Of a stretch of DNA of 32,000 nucleotides, positions 24,246 to 32,000 are shown piece after piece. The notes under the pieces were generated by a model. It was not told where the DNA came from, did no database searches, and saw nothing but the letters and a program-made list of their open reading frames with translations. This stretch comes from Ruminococcus albus 7 = DSM 20455 (GTDB taxonomy: Bacteria > Bacillota > Clostridia > Oscillospirales > Ruminococcaceae), in the NCBI RefSeq assembly GCF_000179635.2, contig NC_014833.1:3090001-3122000 (forward strand), read 5' to 3'. Positions within the stretch are counted from its first letter, which is position 1; the number at the start of each line of letters is the position of its first letter. Both the position numbers and the translations under genes were made by a program.

Positions 24246-25454
24246 TCAATCGTTATCCTGCGGGTACTGAATGACAGTTTTGGCGTTACCTCCGACTGTC
24301 CTTACTTTTGTGCGTGTATTATCCTGAGCGTACTGAACTACAGTCTGACCGTCGGGGCTTTCTGCCTTCACATAAATGCCGTCACCGTCTTCATTTAATC
24401 CAACATATACAACGATACCCTCATAATTGAATTTCAGTCTATCGTTGATGAACTTATCAAGCTTGGAGGGAGATGCTTTCATGTCTATCTTCAAACCTTC
24501 CTTTGAGATAGCCTGAAAACCGCCGTTTTCAAGAACGCTATGATAATCACAGCCTTCGTTCTCCGGATCGTTAAGATATTCAATCACACTATAAAGCGCT
24601 TCCTTAACTGCGAAATCAAGCTGAGATTCGCTGAAAACCGCATATACAGGCGCATCCAGGTCAAATATGCCCCATTCAGCAGTGCCGTCTGTCCAGCGCG
24701 GATACTGACCTACTTTTCCCGTCCTGTTATCCTTTACCTGAACAAAGTAAGTATCCTCGCCGTCAATTTCCGTCCTGCCAACGAATAAGCTGATATTGCC
24801 GCGTGCAAACATAGATGCTACTACATTCATCTCTCTGTCAACTTCAGATTTGTATCTGTAATTGAAGCCCGTCTTCATACCGTCTTTTGAATTTAAATTC
24901 GCAAATACCCCGTTCTTGAAACACTCTTCTAATGAGATGCCCTTAGCTTTGTAATCATTGAGAATTTGGTCAATACCATTATAGCAGGCAAATGCAGTTT
25001 TGTTCAGGTCTTTGACAGAGTTTGATTTGTCAAGATCCGAGTAGACCTTTATACTACCGGAAATAGTATTTTTATTATCCGGATCCGATATTGTATAGCT
25101 GAAAGAAACGCACTGGTTCGGGGCAACACGACCATTAGTGCCGTCGTCCTTGATCACATGGATCGAATACCAGTCAGGAGTAAATTGCCTGCCGTTCTTT
25201 ACGCTTTCAATTTTACCGTAGTCACCCAACCTTACTGCCCAGTTATTTATTGTTTTCTTGCTGGTGTTTTTAAGTGTTACCTTAACTGTGGTCTTGCCGT
25301 CCTTAACAGAAAGCACCTCGTACTTTGCCATATAGCCGGCGCCCTTGTAAGCCCTATAATCGCCTGTTTTGAGTTCGGCTGATGCTGTGATAGCCAGTCC
25401 GCAGGACAGAGCCAGTGCGGTTACACCGGAAAGTATTCTTTTGATCTTGTTCAT
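24246..25454 (-). CDS. Secreted protein: signal peptide, CBM2-like beta-sandwich, 2 copies of an unassigned module of about 129 aa
   Basis: The signal peptide is MNKIKRILSGVTALALSCGLAITASA. Residues 27-142 contain VKVTLKNTSKKTINNWAV...NGRVAPNQCVSFSYT, a CBM2-like pattern. The modules span aa 143-271 (nt 24642..25028) and aa 272-402 (nt 24249..24641). SD AGGAGGA is present. Confidence 0.82.
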   Translation of the reverse strand: MNKIKRILSGVTALALSCGLAITASAELKTGDYRAYKGAGYMAKYEVLSVKDGKTTVKVTLKNTSKKTINNWAVRLGDYGKIESVKNGRQFTPDWYSIHVIKDDGTNGRVAPNQCVSFSYTISDPDNKNTISGSIKVYSDLDKSNSVKDLNKTAFACYNGIDQILNDYKAKGISLEECFKNGVFANLNSKDGMKTGFNYRYKSEVDREMNVVASMFARGNISLFVGRTEIDGEDTYFVQVKDNRTGKVGQYPRWTDGTAEWGIFDLDAPVYAVFSESQLDFAVKEALYSVIEYLNDPENEGCDYHSVLENGGFQAISKEGLKIDMKASPSKLDKFINDRLKFNYEGIVVYVGLNEDGDGIYVKAESPDGQTVVQYAQDNTRTKVRTVGGNAKTVIQYPQDND

Positions 25455-25587
25455 TCTTTTGTCCTCCTGTTTTTTACCATATATATGGTATTCTCATACG
25501 CCCTGATTATATCATAAAGGTTATACTGTGCCAATGTGATATATCAACAAATACGGCGCTGACGTATAAGCGGGAATAGTATGAGGT
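25396..25587 (-). repeat. Copy 1 of the duplicated promoter, 5' UTR and signal-peptide block
   Basis: About 192 nt are near-identical to 27540..27734, with only a few substitutions or indels by eye. The rest of the two genes is much more diverged. Confidence 0.85.
25506..25534 (-). promoter_or_regulatory. Sigma-A type promoter of the 24246..25454 gene
   Basis: Minus strand reads TTGGCA-17 nt-TATAAT. Confidence 0.6.
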
Positions 25588-25597
25588 TATTAAGTTA

Positions 25598-27598
25598 TCA
25601 GAAATCAGGATGTGTACCCCATGTTGCTGAGTCTTTTGTGGGGTCGGGATACTGACCTACTCTGCCCGTCGCATCTTTTACCTGAACAAAGAATGCATAA
25701 TCGCCGTACTGGTCCTTGCTGCTCAAATCCATGCCAACATAAACAGTAAGACCATCATATCCACGCCCATTGTATTTCAACCCATCATTGATAGCCTTAT
25801 CGCCATCAGTGTACTCAGCTTCCTGACCTATCTTCAAGCCTTCGATTGTGCTTGCCTTTGCAAAACAGCCGTTTTTATAGCACTCCTCGATGTCATATCC
25901 TTGGGTCTCCAGATCGGCAAAATATTCTGATACTGCATTGTATACGGTCTTAGCATCGCCGTTAAGAGACTTTTGGTCGTGAACCAATCTTGGAACTGCA
26001 TTTGAATATGTGCCCCATTCAAGATCTCTGTGATCAGGTGTGGGATACTGACCTACATTACCGGTAGTGTTATCCTTTGTCTGAACAAAGAAATACTCCT
26101 CACCGTTGATAGTTGTCAAGCCCACATATACACTGACATCACATTTGTAAGCATTTGTGAGCAGTTCATAGTTTATGGCAGCATCGCCTTTAGTAAGTTC
26201 TTTTGTACCTATTTTCAGACCTTCCTTGGTGTTCGCCTGCGGAAATTCGCCGTTGTCAAAAATCTCCTGCAAACTATTCAAGCCATGTTCTGTTTCATAA
26301 TCTGCAATATATTCAGCAACGACATTATACGCAGTCTTGGCATTGTTGTCGAGCTGCCTTGAAGTTAACGGCTTAGTGCCAATAGGTGTATTTTCATCGA
26401 ATGTGCCCCATGTTGCTTCGCCCTGTGTGGGGTGAGGATACTGACCTATCTTTCCGGTCTTGGGATCTTTTGCCTGAACAAAGAATTCCGGATGTCCGTA
26501 AGCGTCGATACCGGTTTTGCCCACATAGACTATCATGCCGTCATACATGAATTTCAGCTCATCGTTGATGTACCTTTCACCCTCAGTAAACGATGAATTA
26601 TAGTCTATCTTCAATCCGTCCTGAGTGTGCGCATTCGGGAAACCGCCGTTTTCAAAGCTGCCCTCATAGTCAAGTCCTTGTGTTTCCAGATCGCATAGAT
26701 ATTCAGCTACAGCATTATATGCTTCCTTAGCTGCGTGGTTAACATCATCGGTACTATAATTCGTGTATATGGGTGAATTTGGGTCAAATGAGCCCCATTC
26801 AGCGGTGCCATTCGTAGGGCGGGGCCACTGACCTATCTTGCCTGTCTTGTTATCCTTTACCTGAACAAATGCATGCTCTTCACCGTTAGTTGTTGTTCTG
26901 CCTACATATACGCTTATATTGCCGCGGGCATACTTCGATGCTTCGATATTTACTTCGTTGTCGCCTTTAGCAGTATATTTGTAATTGAAGCCTGTCTTCA
27001 TTCCGTCTTTTGAATTCGCTTTTGTGAATTCCCCGTTCTTGAAGCAATCCTCTAAACTGAGGCCCTCACATTCGTAAGCCCAAAAGATCTCATTAACAGC
27101 TTTGTAGCATTCACTGGCTGCTTTGTTCAGACCGTCAACTGTGTTTGATTTATCCACATCTGAGTATACTTTGAGCCTTTCGGGAAGTTCATTGTAGCCA
27201 TTCTCGTCTGTCATGGTAAATGTGAATGAAACACATTCATTCGGTGCAACTTTGCCGTTGGTGCCGCTGTCCCTGATCACATTGTACCCATATGCATAAC
27301 CGCTGTTATACAAGTAGTTTGTATCGAATATCCTGCCGTTCTTTAAGCTCAGGATCCTACCTTCGTGTTCAAACCCTACTGCCCAGTTGTTTATTGTCTT
27401 TTTGCTTGTGTTCTTCAGGGTGATCTGAACAGTGGTATAACCGTCCTTAGCAGAAAGCACCTCGTATTTTGCAAGATATCCTGTGCCTCTGTAAGCTCTT
27501 GAATCACCTTTGTTCAGCACGGCAGATGCGGGCAGAGAAAGTCCGCAGGTCAGAGCCAGTGCGGTTACACCGGAAAGTATTCTTTTGATCTTGTTCAT
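25598..27598 (-). CDS. Secreted protein: signal peptide, CBM2-like beta-sandwich, 4 copies of the unassigned module of about 129 aa
   Basis: The signal peptide is almost the same as in the 24246..25454 gene. The CBM2-like domain is at aa 27-149 (nt 27152..27520). The four modules are at nt 26765..27151, 26378..26764, 25985..26377 and 25601..25984. Each module ends in FFVQxKDxxTGxxGQYPxPT....WG. Confidence 0.85.
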   Translation of the reverse strand: MNKIKRILSGVTALALTCGLSLPASAVLNKGDSRAYRGTGYLAKYEVLSAKDGYTTVQITLKNTSKKTINNWAVGFEHEGRILSLKNGRIFDTNYLYNSGYAYGYNVIRDSGTNGKVAPNECVSFTFTMTDENGYNELPERLKVYSDVDKSNTVDGLNKAASECYKAVNEIFWAYECEGLSLEDCFKNGEFTKANSKDGMKTGFNYKYTAKGDNEVNIEASKYARGNISVYVGRTTTNGEEHAFVQVKDNKTGKIGQWPRPTNGTAEWGSFDPNSPIYTNYSTDDVNHAAKEAYNAVAEYLCDLETQGLDYEGSFENGGFPNAHTQDGLKIDYNSSFTEGERYINDELKFMYDGMIVYVGKTGIDAYGHPEFFVQAKDPKTGKIGQYPHPTQGEATWGTFDENTPIGTKPLTSRQLDNNAKTAYNVVAEYIADYETEHGLNSLQEIFDNGEFPQANTKEGLKIGTKELTKGDAAINYELLTNAYKCDVSVYVGLTTINGEEYFFVQTKDNTTGNVGQYPTPDHRDLEWGTYSNAVPRLVHDQKSLNGDAKTVYNAVSEYFADLETQGYDIEECYKNGCFAKASTIEGLKIGQEAEYTDGDKAINDGLKYNGRGYDGLTVYVGMDLSSKDQYGDYAFFVQVKDATGRVGQYPDPTKDSATWGTHPDF

Positions 27599-27734
27599 TC
27601 TTTTGTCCTCCTGTTTTTTACCATAATATATATGAAATTCTCATATGCCTTGATTATATCATAAGGGTTATACTGTGTCAATGTGATATATCAACAAATA
27701 CGGCGCTGACGTATAAACGGGAATAGTATGAGGT
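27540..27734 (-). repeat. Copy 2 of the duplicated promoter, 5' UTR and signal-peptide block
   Basis: See 25396..25587. Confidence 0.85.
27653..27681 (-). promoter_or_regulatory. Consensus sigma-A promoter of the 25598..27598 gene
   Basis: Minus strand reads TTGACA-17 nt-TATAAT, a perfect consensus. The downstream SD is AGGAGGA. Confidence 0.65.
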
Positions 27735-27820
27735 GGCAATACACGCAGGAAAAACGAACATTAACCGCCTTTTTACGTTGTACAATATAATGTACTGCAA
27801 ATAATGCTGCTGATATACAC

Positions 27821-27849
27821 TTGACAAATCACGCATAAAGTTTTATAAT
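27821..27849 (+). promoter_or_regulatory. Consensus sigma-A promoter of the cytidylate-kinase-like/ybaK operon
   Basis: TTGACA-17 nt-TATAAT, about 60 nt upstream of the ATG at 27910. Confidence 0.6.
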
Positions 27850-27909
27850 ATTTATAGATAATTTATATAATTTAAATGAACGATCATCGAGGCGAAAGGA
27901 GAGAAAAAT

Positions 27910-28503
27910 ATGAGTAAGATAAAAGTTGTTACTATCGGCAGACTTTACTGTTCGGGAGGAAGCTCCATAGGAAAGATGGTTGCCGAGAAGCTGGGCATAC
28001 CCTGCTATGACAGGGAGATAGTCGAGATGGCGGCGGAAAAGAGCGGTATCTCTATGGCGGATATAAAAAAGTATGAGGAAAGCGTGCTCAACCCTCTGAA
28101 AAAGCAGGTGTCTTTTTTCAAGAGCAGTGAGGATATCACCGAGAAGATATTTGCGGCGGAAACGCAGGTAGTATATGAGCTGGTGGAAAAGGGACCTTGT
28201 GTTATAGTCGGCAGGTGTGCGGATTTCATACTAAAAAACAAGGTAAAGACACTTGATGTGTTCATATATTCTTCCCTTGACAAGCGCAAGCAGACGGCTA
28301 TGGCAGCCCCCCACAACATACCTGAGGACGAGGTGGAGAACCGTATTAAAAAGTATGACAAAAAGCGCGGTGATTACTACAACACAAATACCAACAAGCA
28401 GTGGAGCTCGAAGTTCAGCTATGATCTTTGTCTGGACAGCGGCACACTCGGGTATGATATGTGTGCTGAGATAATCGCTCATACAGTGGAGGCTTCTGAA
28501 TAA
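27910..28503 (+). CDS. Cytidylate kinase-like family protein (P-loop NTPase fold, degenerate P-loop)
   Basis: VVTIGRLYCSGGSSIGKMVAEKLGIPCYDREIVEMAAEKSGIS matches the Cytidylate_kin2-type N-terminus. SD AAAGGAGAG is present. Confidence 0.78.
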   Translation: MSKIKVVTIGRLYCSGGSSIGKMVAEKLGIPCYDREIVEMAAEKSGISMADIKKYEESVLNPLKKQVSFFKSSEDITEKIFAAETQVVYELVEKGPCVIVGRCADFILKNKVKTLDVFIYSSLDKRKQTAMAAPHNIPEDEVENRIKKYDKKRGDYYNTNTNKQWSSKFSYDLCLDSGTLGYDMCAEIIAHTVEASE

Positions 28504-28985
28504 TGGCAAAGGAAAAAGATGTCAAGACGAACGCTATGCGGATACTTGACAGGAACAAGGTAGTATACAAAGTGAACACCTATGAATGCGACGAGTTCAT
28601 TGACGGTGTACACATAGCTGATATGCTGGGTCAGCCCCATGACAGCACATTCAAGACACTGGTCGCACAGGGCAAAAGCGGAGGATACTATGTATTCGCC
28701 ATACCCATAGATGAGGAGCTCGATCTGAAAAAGGCGGCAAAGTCGGTGGGTGAAAAATCCGTGGAGCTGATACACGTAAAGGATATCAACAAGGTGACAG
28801 GCTACATACGCGGCGGATGTACACCGCTGGGCATGAAAAAGCAGTACCCCACTGTGGTAGACAGCTCGGCTGAAAAATTCGGTGAGATCATCATAAGCGG
28901 CGGAAGACTGGGCTCGCAGATATTCCTTGACCCTCAGGATCTGGTAAAGGTCACGGGAGGAAAATTTGACAGCATAATATTTTAA
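28503..28985 (+). CDS. ybaK: Cys-tRNA(Pro)/Cys-tRNA(Cys) deacylase YbaK
   Basis: The protein is collinear by eye with E. coli YbaK, for example TNAMRILD, FKTLV, DLKKAAK, TGYIRGGCTPLG and IISGGRLG. The TAATG overlap with the upstream gene suggests coupling. Confidence 0.87.
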   Translation: MAKEKDVKTNAMRILDRNKVVYKVNTYECDEFIDGVHIADMLGQPHDSTFKTLVAQGKSGGYYVFAIPIDEELDLKKAAKSVGEKSVELIHVKDINKVTGYIRGGCTPLGMKKQYPTVVDSSAEKFGEIIISGGRLGSQIFLDPQDLVKVTGGKFDSIIF

Positions 28986-28993
28986 GTTACTTA

Positions 28994-29024
28994 CAGTGGG
29001 CAGTTTCGGCTGTCCGCTGTTTTG
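28994..29024 (+). terminator. Rho-independent terminator after ybaK
   Basis: CAGTGGGCAG-tttcgg-CTGTCCGCTG forms a 10 bp stem with two G-U pairs. It is followed by TTTTGG. Confidence 0.65.
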
Positions 29025-29132
29025 GTTGGTAACAGTTAGGAGAATTTACTGTTTGTTCATAAACACTTTTGAATGGTGTGGTATAATATATGTGTTTGTA
29101 AAGACCATACGAGAATACGGAGGTTAAGTAAA

Positions 29133-29939
29133 ATGAATATAAAAGCACTGGCTGCACTTGCGGCAGCGGCAGTTATGGCAGTTTCCGTCTCTGCCTGCGG
29201 CAAGAAGACAGACAATAAGGATAAGACCGACAGCAAGGCTGAAACTACTGCCGAAGAGGATATCGAGAGCACCCCTGAGGAGGACAGCGCGGCTGAGACC
29301 ACTACGGCTGCAGCAGAATCCAAGCCTGATGAAAAACAGGATGAAGAAAAGATCAAAAAGTACATAGGCGAAAAGGATGCCAAGAAGTCCGACTACTCCG
29401 TAGAGCTGACAAACGGCACTGAGAACGTGATAATCGGTTTTGCCATAAACTACGGTGACGGGGAATACAGTGAGAACCTGATCCCTGCAAATGAGGATTT
29501 CGAGATAGACGAGGTAAGGCTGTTAAACTGGTCGCACACGGTATCGGGCGATGTGATGACACTTGGTGATTTCAATGTTGAGATCACGCTGGAGGACGGC
29601 AAAAGATTCGAGCTCCACGGTTTCCCGCTGACAGATATGCTCTCGGGCGAGATAAGACTGATGGACGAATACGCTTTCCTGGTATACACCAACAAGATCG
29701 GTGACAGCAAGGACACGATGAAGAAGGAAGCTGATATAGCAGAAAAGGAAAGGGAGAAGGAGGAGGCAAAGACCGCTACTACCACTACCACGACAACTCC
29801 CGAGCCTGAGCCGGAGCCTGAGCCTTCCGAGGAGGATACTGATACTACCACCGTTACGACAGTGCCTGAAAGCCAGGCTGAGGAATCTCAGGCTGAACAG
29901 CAGTACGATGATCAGCAGCAGGGTGAAGTAATTTATTGA
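29133..29939 (+). CDS. Lipoprotein with acidic low-complexity flanks, function unknown
   Basis: Track ORF starts at 29073. The ATG at 29133 gives MNIKALAALAAAAVMAVSVSACGKK (lipobox VSAC), with ACGGAGG upstream. The C-terminal region contains TATTTTTTTPEPEPEPEPSEED. Confidence 0.7.
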   Translation: MNIKALAALAAAAVMAVSVSACGKKTDNKDKTDSKAETTAEEDIESTPEEDSAAETTTAAAESKPDEKQDEEKIKKYIGEKDAKKSDYSVELTNGTENVIIGFAINYGDGEYSENLIPANEDFEIDEVRLLNWSHTVSGDVMTLGDFNVEITLEDGKRFELHGFPLTDMLSGEIRLMDEYAFLVYTNKIGDSKDTMKKEADIAEKEREKEEAKTATTTTTTTPEPEPEPEPSEEDTDTTTVTTVPESQAEESQAEQQYDDQQQGEVIY

Positions 29940-29953
29940 TATACACAAAGTAT

Positions 29954-29982
29954 CGGAGAGCAAAAGTGCTCTCCGTTTTTTT
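29954..29982 (+). terminator. Rho-independent terminator after the lipoprotein gene
   Basis: CGGAGAGC-aaaagt-GCTCTCCG followed by TTTTTTT. Confidence 0.85.
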
Positions 29983-30024
29983 ACAGCGGTATATACATAT
30001 CAGCAAAGCGGAAGGAGTTAGTCC

Positions 30025-31008
30025 ATGAGAAAGCTTATTTACGGGATCACGGCGGCTATAATGTTGTTTGGCACAGCTTATACACCTGCTGACGTTAATT
30101 TTTTTGATGCGGTCATTTCAGCGGATGCGGCTGAAGCCGCTGAGTATACAGAGGACGGATTCGGCTGCGTAAACACCGGGGACGGAGTCAGGATAGTATC
30201 ATATACGGGCACAGACACTGATCTTGTACTTCCTTCGGTCATAAGGGGCAGGGATGTTACTTCCATAGCCCCTTACTGCTTTGAATTCAACAATACCCTC
30301 CGTCATGTGACCATAAGCGACAGCATCAAAGATATAGGCGATCATGCATTTTTCGGCTGCCGCGGTCTTATCAGCGCGGATATACCCACAGGTGTGACAA
30401 GTATAGGCAATTCATGCTTCTGGGGATGTACGAAGCTTGAAAAAGTACATATCCCCGACAGTGTCACCGTTTTGGGACCCCTTGTATTCTCCGGATGCAC
30501 CGCACTCACCGATGTGGCGCTGCCATCGGGACTTGAGGTACTGCCCGATTACACCTTCAACAGCTGCAGGTCACTTTCGGATGTGACTATCCCTGAAAGT
30601 GTGACGGAGATACGCTACAAGTGCTTCACGGATTGCACATCCCTTAAAACACTGAGGATACCGAAAGATGCAAAGATAGCGGATCACGCTGTGGGTTTTT
30701 ATACTGAGGGCAGCAGCTGCAAACTAACTGAGGGATTTACGATGTATGTTTATCACGGCTCCCCTGCTGAGGAATATGCAGTGAGATCAGGAGTTCCTCA
30801 CTTATGCGCTGATGCTGTTGCCGGCGATGTGAATGCTGACGGCACAGTAAACGTAAATGACATAGTTCTTATCGCTGCACACATAAAAGGGATCGCACCT
30901 ATGGACACGGGATCGGCTGCAAGGGCAGATGTCAATGGTGATGACCATGTTACAGTGACAGATCTTTCAATGACCGCAGCACACGTCAAGGGCAAAAAGA
31001 GCCTGTGA
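30025..31008 (+). CDS. BspA-type leucine-rich-repeat protein with C-terminal type I dockerin
   Basis: A signal peptide is present. The repeats follow the pattern I(P/S)xSVTxIGxxxFxxCxxL. The dockerin (nt about 30823..31005) has duplicated Ca-binding segments DVNADGTVNVNDIVLIAAHIKG and DVNGDDHVTVTDLSMTAAHVKG. Confidence 0.85.
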   Translation: MRKLIYGITAAIMLFGTAYTPADVNFFDAVISADAAEAAEYTEDGFGCVNTGDGVRIVSYTGTDTDLVLPSVIRGRDVTSIAPYCFEFNNTLRHVTISDSIKDIGDHAFFGCRGLISADIPTGVTSIGNSCFWGCTKLEKVHIPDSVTVLGPLVFSGCTALTDVALPSGLEVLPDYTFNSCRSLSDVTIPESVTEIRYKCFTDCTSLKTLRIPKDAKIADHAVGFYTEGSSCKLTEGFTMYVYHGSPAEEYAVRSGVPHLCADAVAGDVNADGTVNVNDIVLIAAHIKGIAPMDTGSAARADVNGDDHVTVTDLSMTAAHVKGKKSL

Positions 31009-31087
31009 CAATATGTACAGGATATACCTTTTGACGATGATCAAATAAATTGCAAACTTTTGTTGCGCAACTGCCCGCAAAAGTTGC

Positions 31088-31116
31088 TTGACCCGAAGCC
31101 GCTTTTGATATATAAT
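31088..31116 (+). promoter_or_regulatory. Near-consensus sigma-A promoter with no protein gene downstream
   Basis: TTGACC-17 nt-TATAAT. Confidence 0.55.
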
Positions 31117-31122
31117 ATAACC

Positions 31123-31424
31123 CAAGGAAACAACAGCAAGCGGCGAATAAACAAAAAGACGCCGTAGAGCAAAAGAAAGATAACAAAATATCCCGGAGGA
31201 TGCCCCTTTACATATGCGGAGAGATATTACATAAAAACCGCAAAGGGATGACCGTGATACGGCAGCCTTCGGGATAGGCCGAAACGGCAGTACGAGCATT
31301 GGCAGGCGACGATGCTATGCCGCAGATCTCATATCTGGATAATGAGATGTATGTAAAAAAACAGCGAGAACTTCCCTATAATATGAAAACGGCTCGGCAG
31401 CGGCGGCTCCCGAGTCGTTTTTTC
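31123..31424 (+). ncRNA. Candidate noncoding RNA of about 300 nt (orphan promoter-to-terminator unit), family unknown
   Basis: The unit is bounded by the promoter at 31088..31116 and the terminator at 31390..31424. It contains several local hairpins: GCGGCG..CGCCGT, CCCTTT-acatat-GCGG..CCGC-AAAGGG and ATCTCAT..ATGAGAT. No ORF in it has a usable SD and start codon. Confidence 0.3.
31390..31424. terminator. Bidirectional terminator shared by the candidate RNA (+) and the hydrolase gene (-)
   Basis: CGGCTCGG-12 nt-CCGAGTCG forms an 8 bp stem with one G-U pair. On the + strand it is followed by TTTTTT. On the - strand it is followed by TTTT. Confidence 0.7.
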
Positions 31425-32000
31425 TTATTGTTTTCCTATCAGATCATAGTTTTTACTGCCCTTTACAGCAGATACGATACGGGCATATTCATACTTGCTT
31501 TTCTTGAGCAGAGCATAGTCATGGGCTCCGCCCTTTTTTTCTATATACTCATGGCTATGCCCCTCTTTTTTCAGCTTGGCGGCAAAGCGTCTTGCAGGGA
31601 TATTCATAATATCATGCGTTCCCGATATCATGGTGATATGCGGCAGTCCGCTGAGATCGCCGTTTTTGACATCTGCCCTTTTATCGTTTTTGTCGATATC
31701 GCTGTACCACAGTTCGCTTATCTTATCAACGGGGAAATTCCCGAGTATGGCATCGTGCTTTTTTATATATGCGGCTCTCCTGCGCTCTTTTTCCGTAAGC
31801 TCACCAAAAGTAAAGCCCGGTGATATCAGTACTATCTCGCCTGCAAGCGGCAGACCCATATCCCTTGCCAGCATGGAAAGCGAAAGCGAAAGGGTACCGC
31901 CTGCTGAATCTCCCATAATGGTAAGATCTTTGGGATCACCGCTTTTTGCGAATGCTTTGTATACCTCCATAAGCATTATATGGGAGGCTCTCGCACCGCA
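31425..32000 (-). CDS. Alpha/beta hydrolase (HSL/esterase-lipase type), N-terminus beyond the window
   Basis: GDSAGG is the nucleophile elbow, and GGAHDY lies near the C-terminus. The reading frame stays open upstream of the track start at 31976 through to the window end. Confidence 0.8.
   Translation of the reverse strand, partial: CGARASHIMLMEVYKAFAKSGDPKDLTIMGDSAGGTLSLSLSMLARDMGLPLAGEIVLISPGFTFGELTEKERRRAAYIKKHDAILGNFPVDKISELWYSDIDKNDKRADVKNGDLSGLPHITMISGTHDIMNIPARRFAAKLKKEGHSHEYIEKKGGAHDYALLKKSKYEYARIVSAVKGSKNYDLIGKQ

Noticed and set aside
31299-31823. 174 aa + strand ORF starting inside the candidate RNA
   Set aside because: It reads straight through a strong intrinsic terminator and is antisense to the GDSAGG esterase gene. 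It has a TTG start with no SD.

Overview
This 32 kb window comes from a low-GC Gram-positive anaerobe. It is most likely a cellulosome-bearing Ruminococcus-type member of the Clostridia. That placement is inferred from a BspA-type LRR protein ending in a type I dockerin, a CE2-like SGNH esterase, and Bacillus-like yaaO-darA-holB synteny.

Most of the window is housekeeping:
- a PucR-like regulator, ftsE, ftsX and two tandem coiled-coil M23 peptidases (the first runs off the window start and is missing from the ORF track)
- ptsH (HPr), rimM-trmD, a NodB polysaccharide deacetylase lipoprotein, a CE2-like esterase lipoprotein and a PaaK-family ligase
- holB, darA and a YaaO-like decarboxylase
- punA, an ECF S-component, an MBL hydrolase, a cytidylate-kinase-like protein and ybaK
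- a partial alpha/beta hydrolase at the window end

I found no rRNA, tRNA, CRISPR array, transposase, integrase or recognisable defence gene.

Five things are worth a second look:
1. Two tandem, strongly promoted genes encode secreted proteins. Each has a CBM2-like domain followed by 2 or 4 copies of an unassigned module of about 129 aa.
2. A divergent cytidine-deaminase-fold protein carries a disordered tail and a MinD-like C-terminal amphipathic peptide. It sits directly upstream of a Cache-type sensor with a degenerate GGDEF domain (GSDEF).
3. A DUF896 gene is translationally coupled to a WYL-domain regulator. Both lie behind a leader of about 250 nt that contains two near-identical 17-nt hairpin repeats.
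4. A consensus promoter and an intrinsic terminator bracket about 300 nt with no credible ORF. This is a candidate ncRNA.
5. Both FtsEX-linked M23 peptidases share a Cys/His-rich insert inside the catalytic domain.

All family assignments come from reading motifs by eye. No database search was run.
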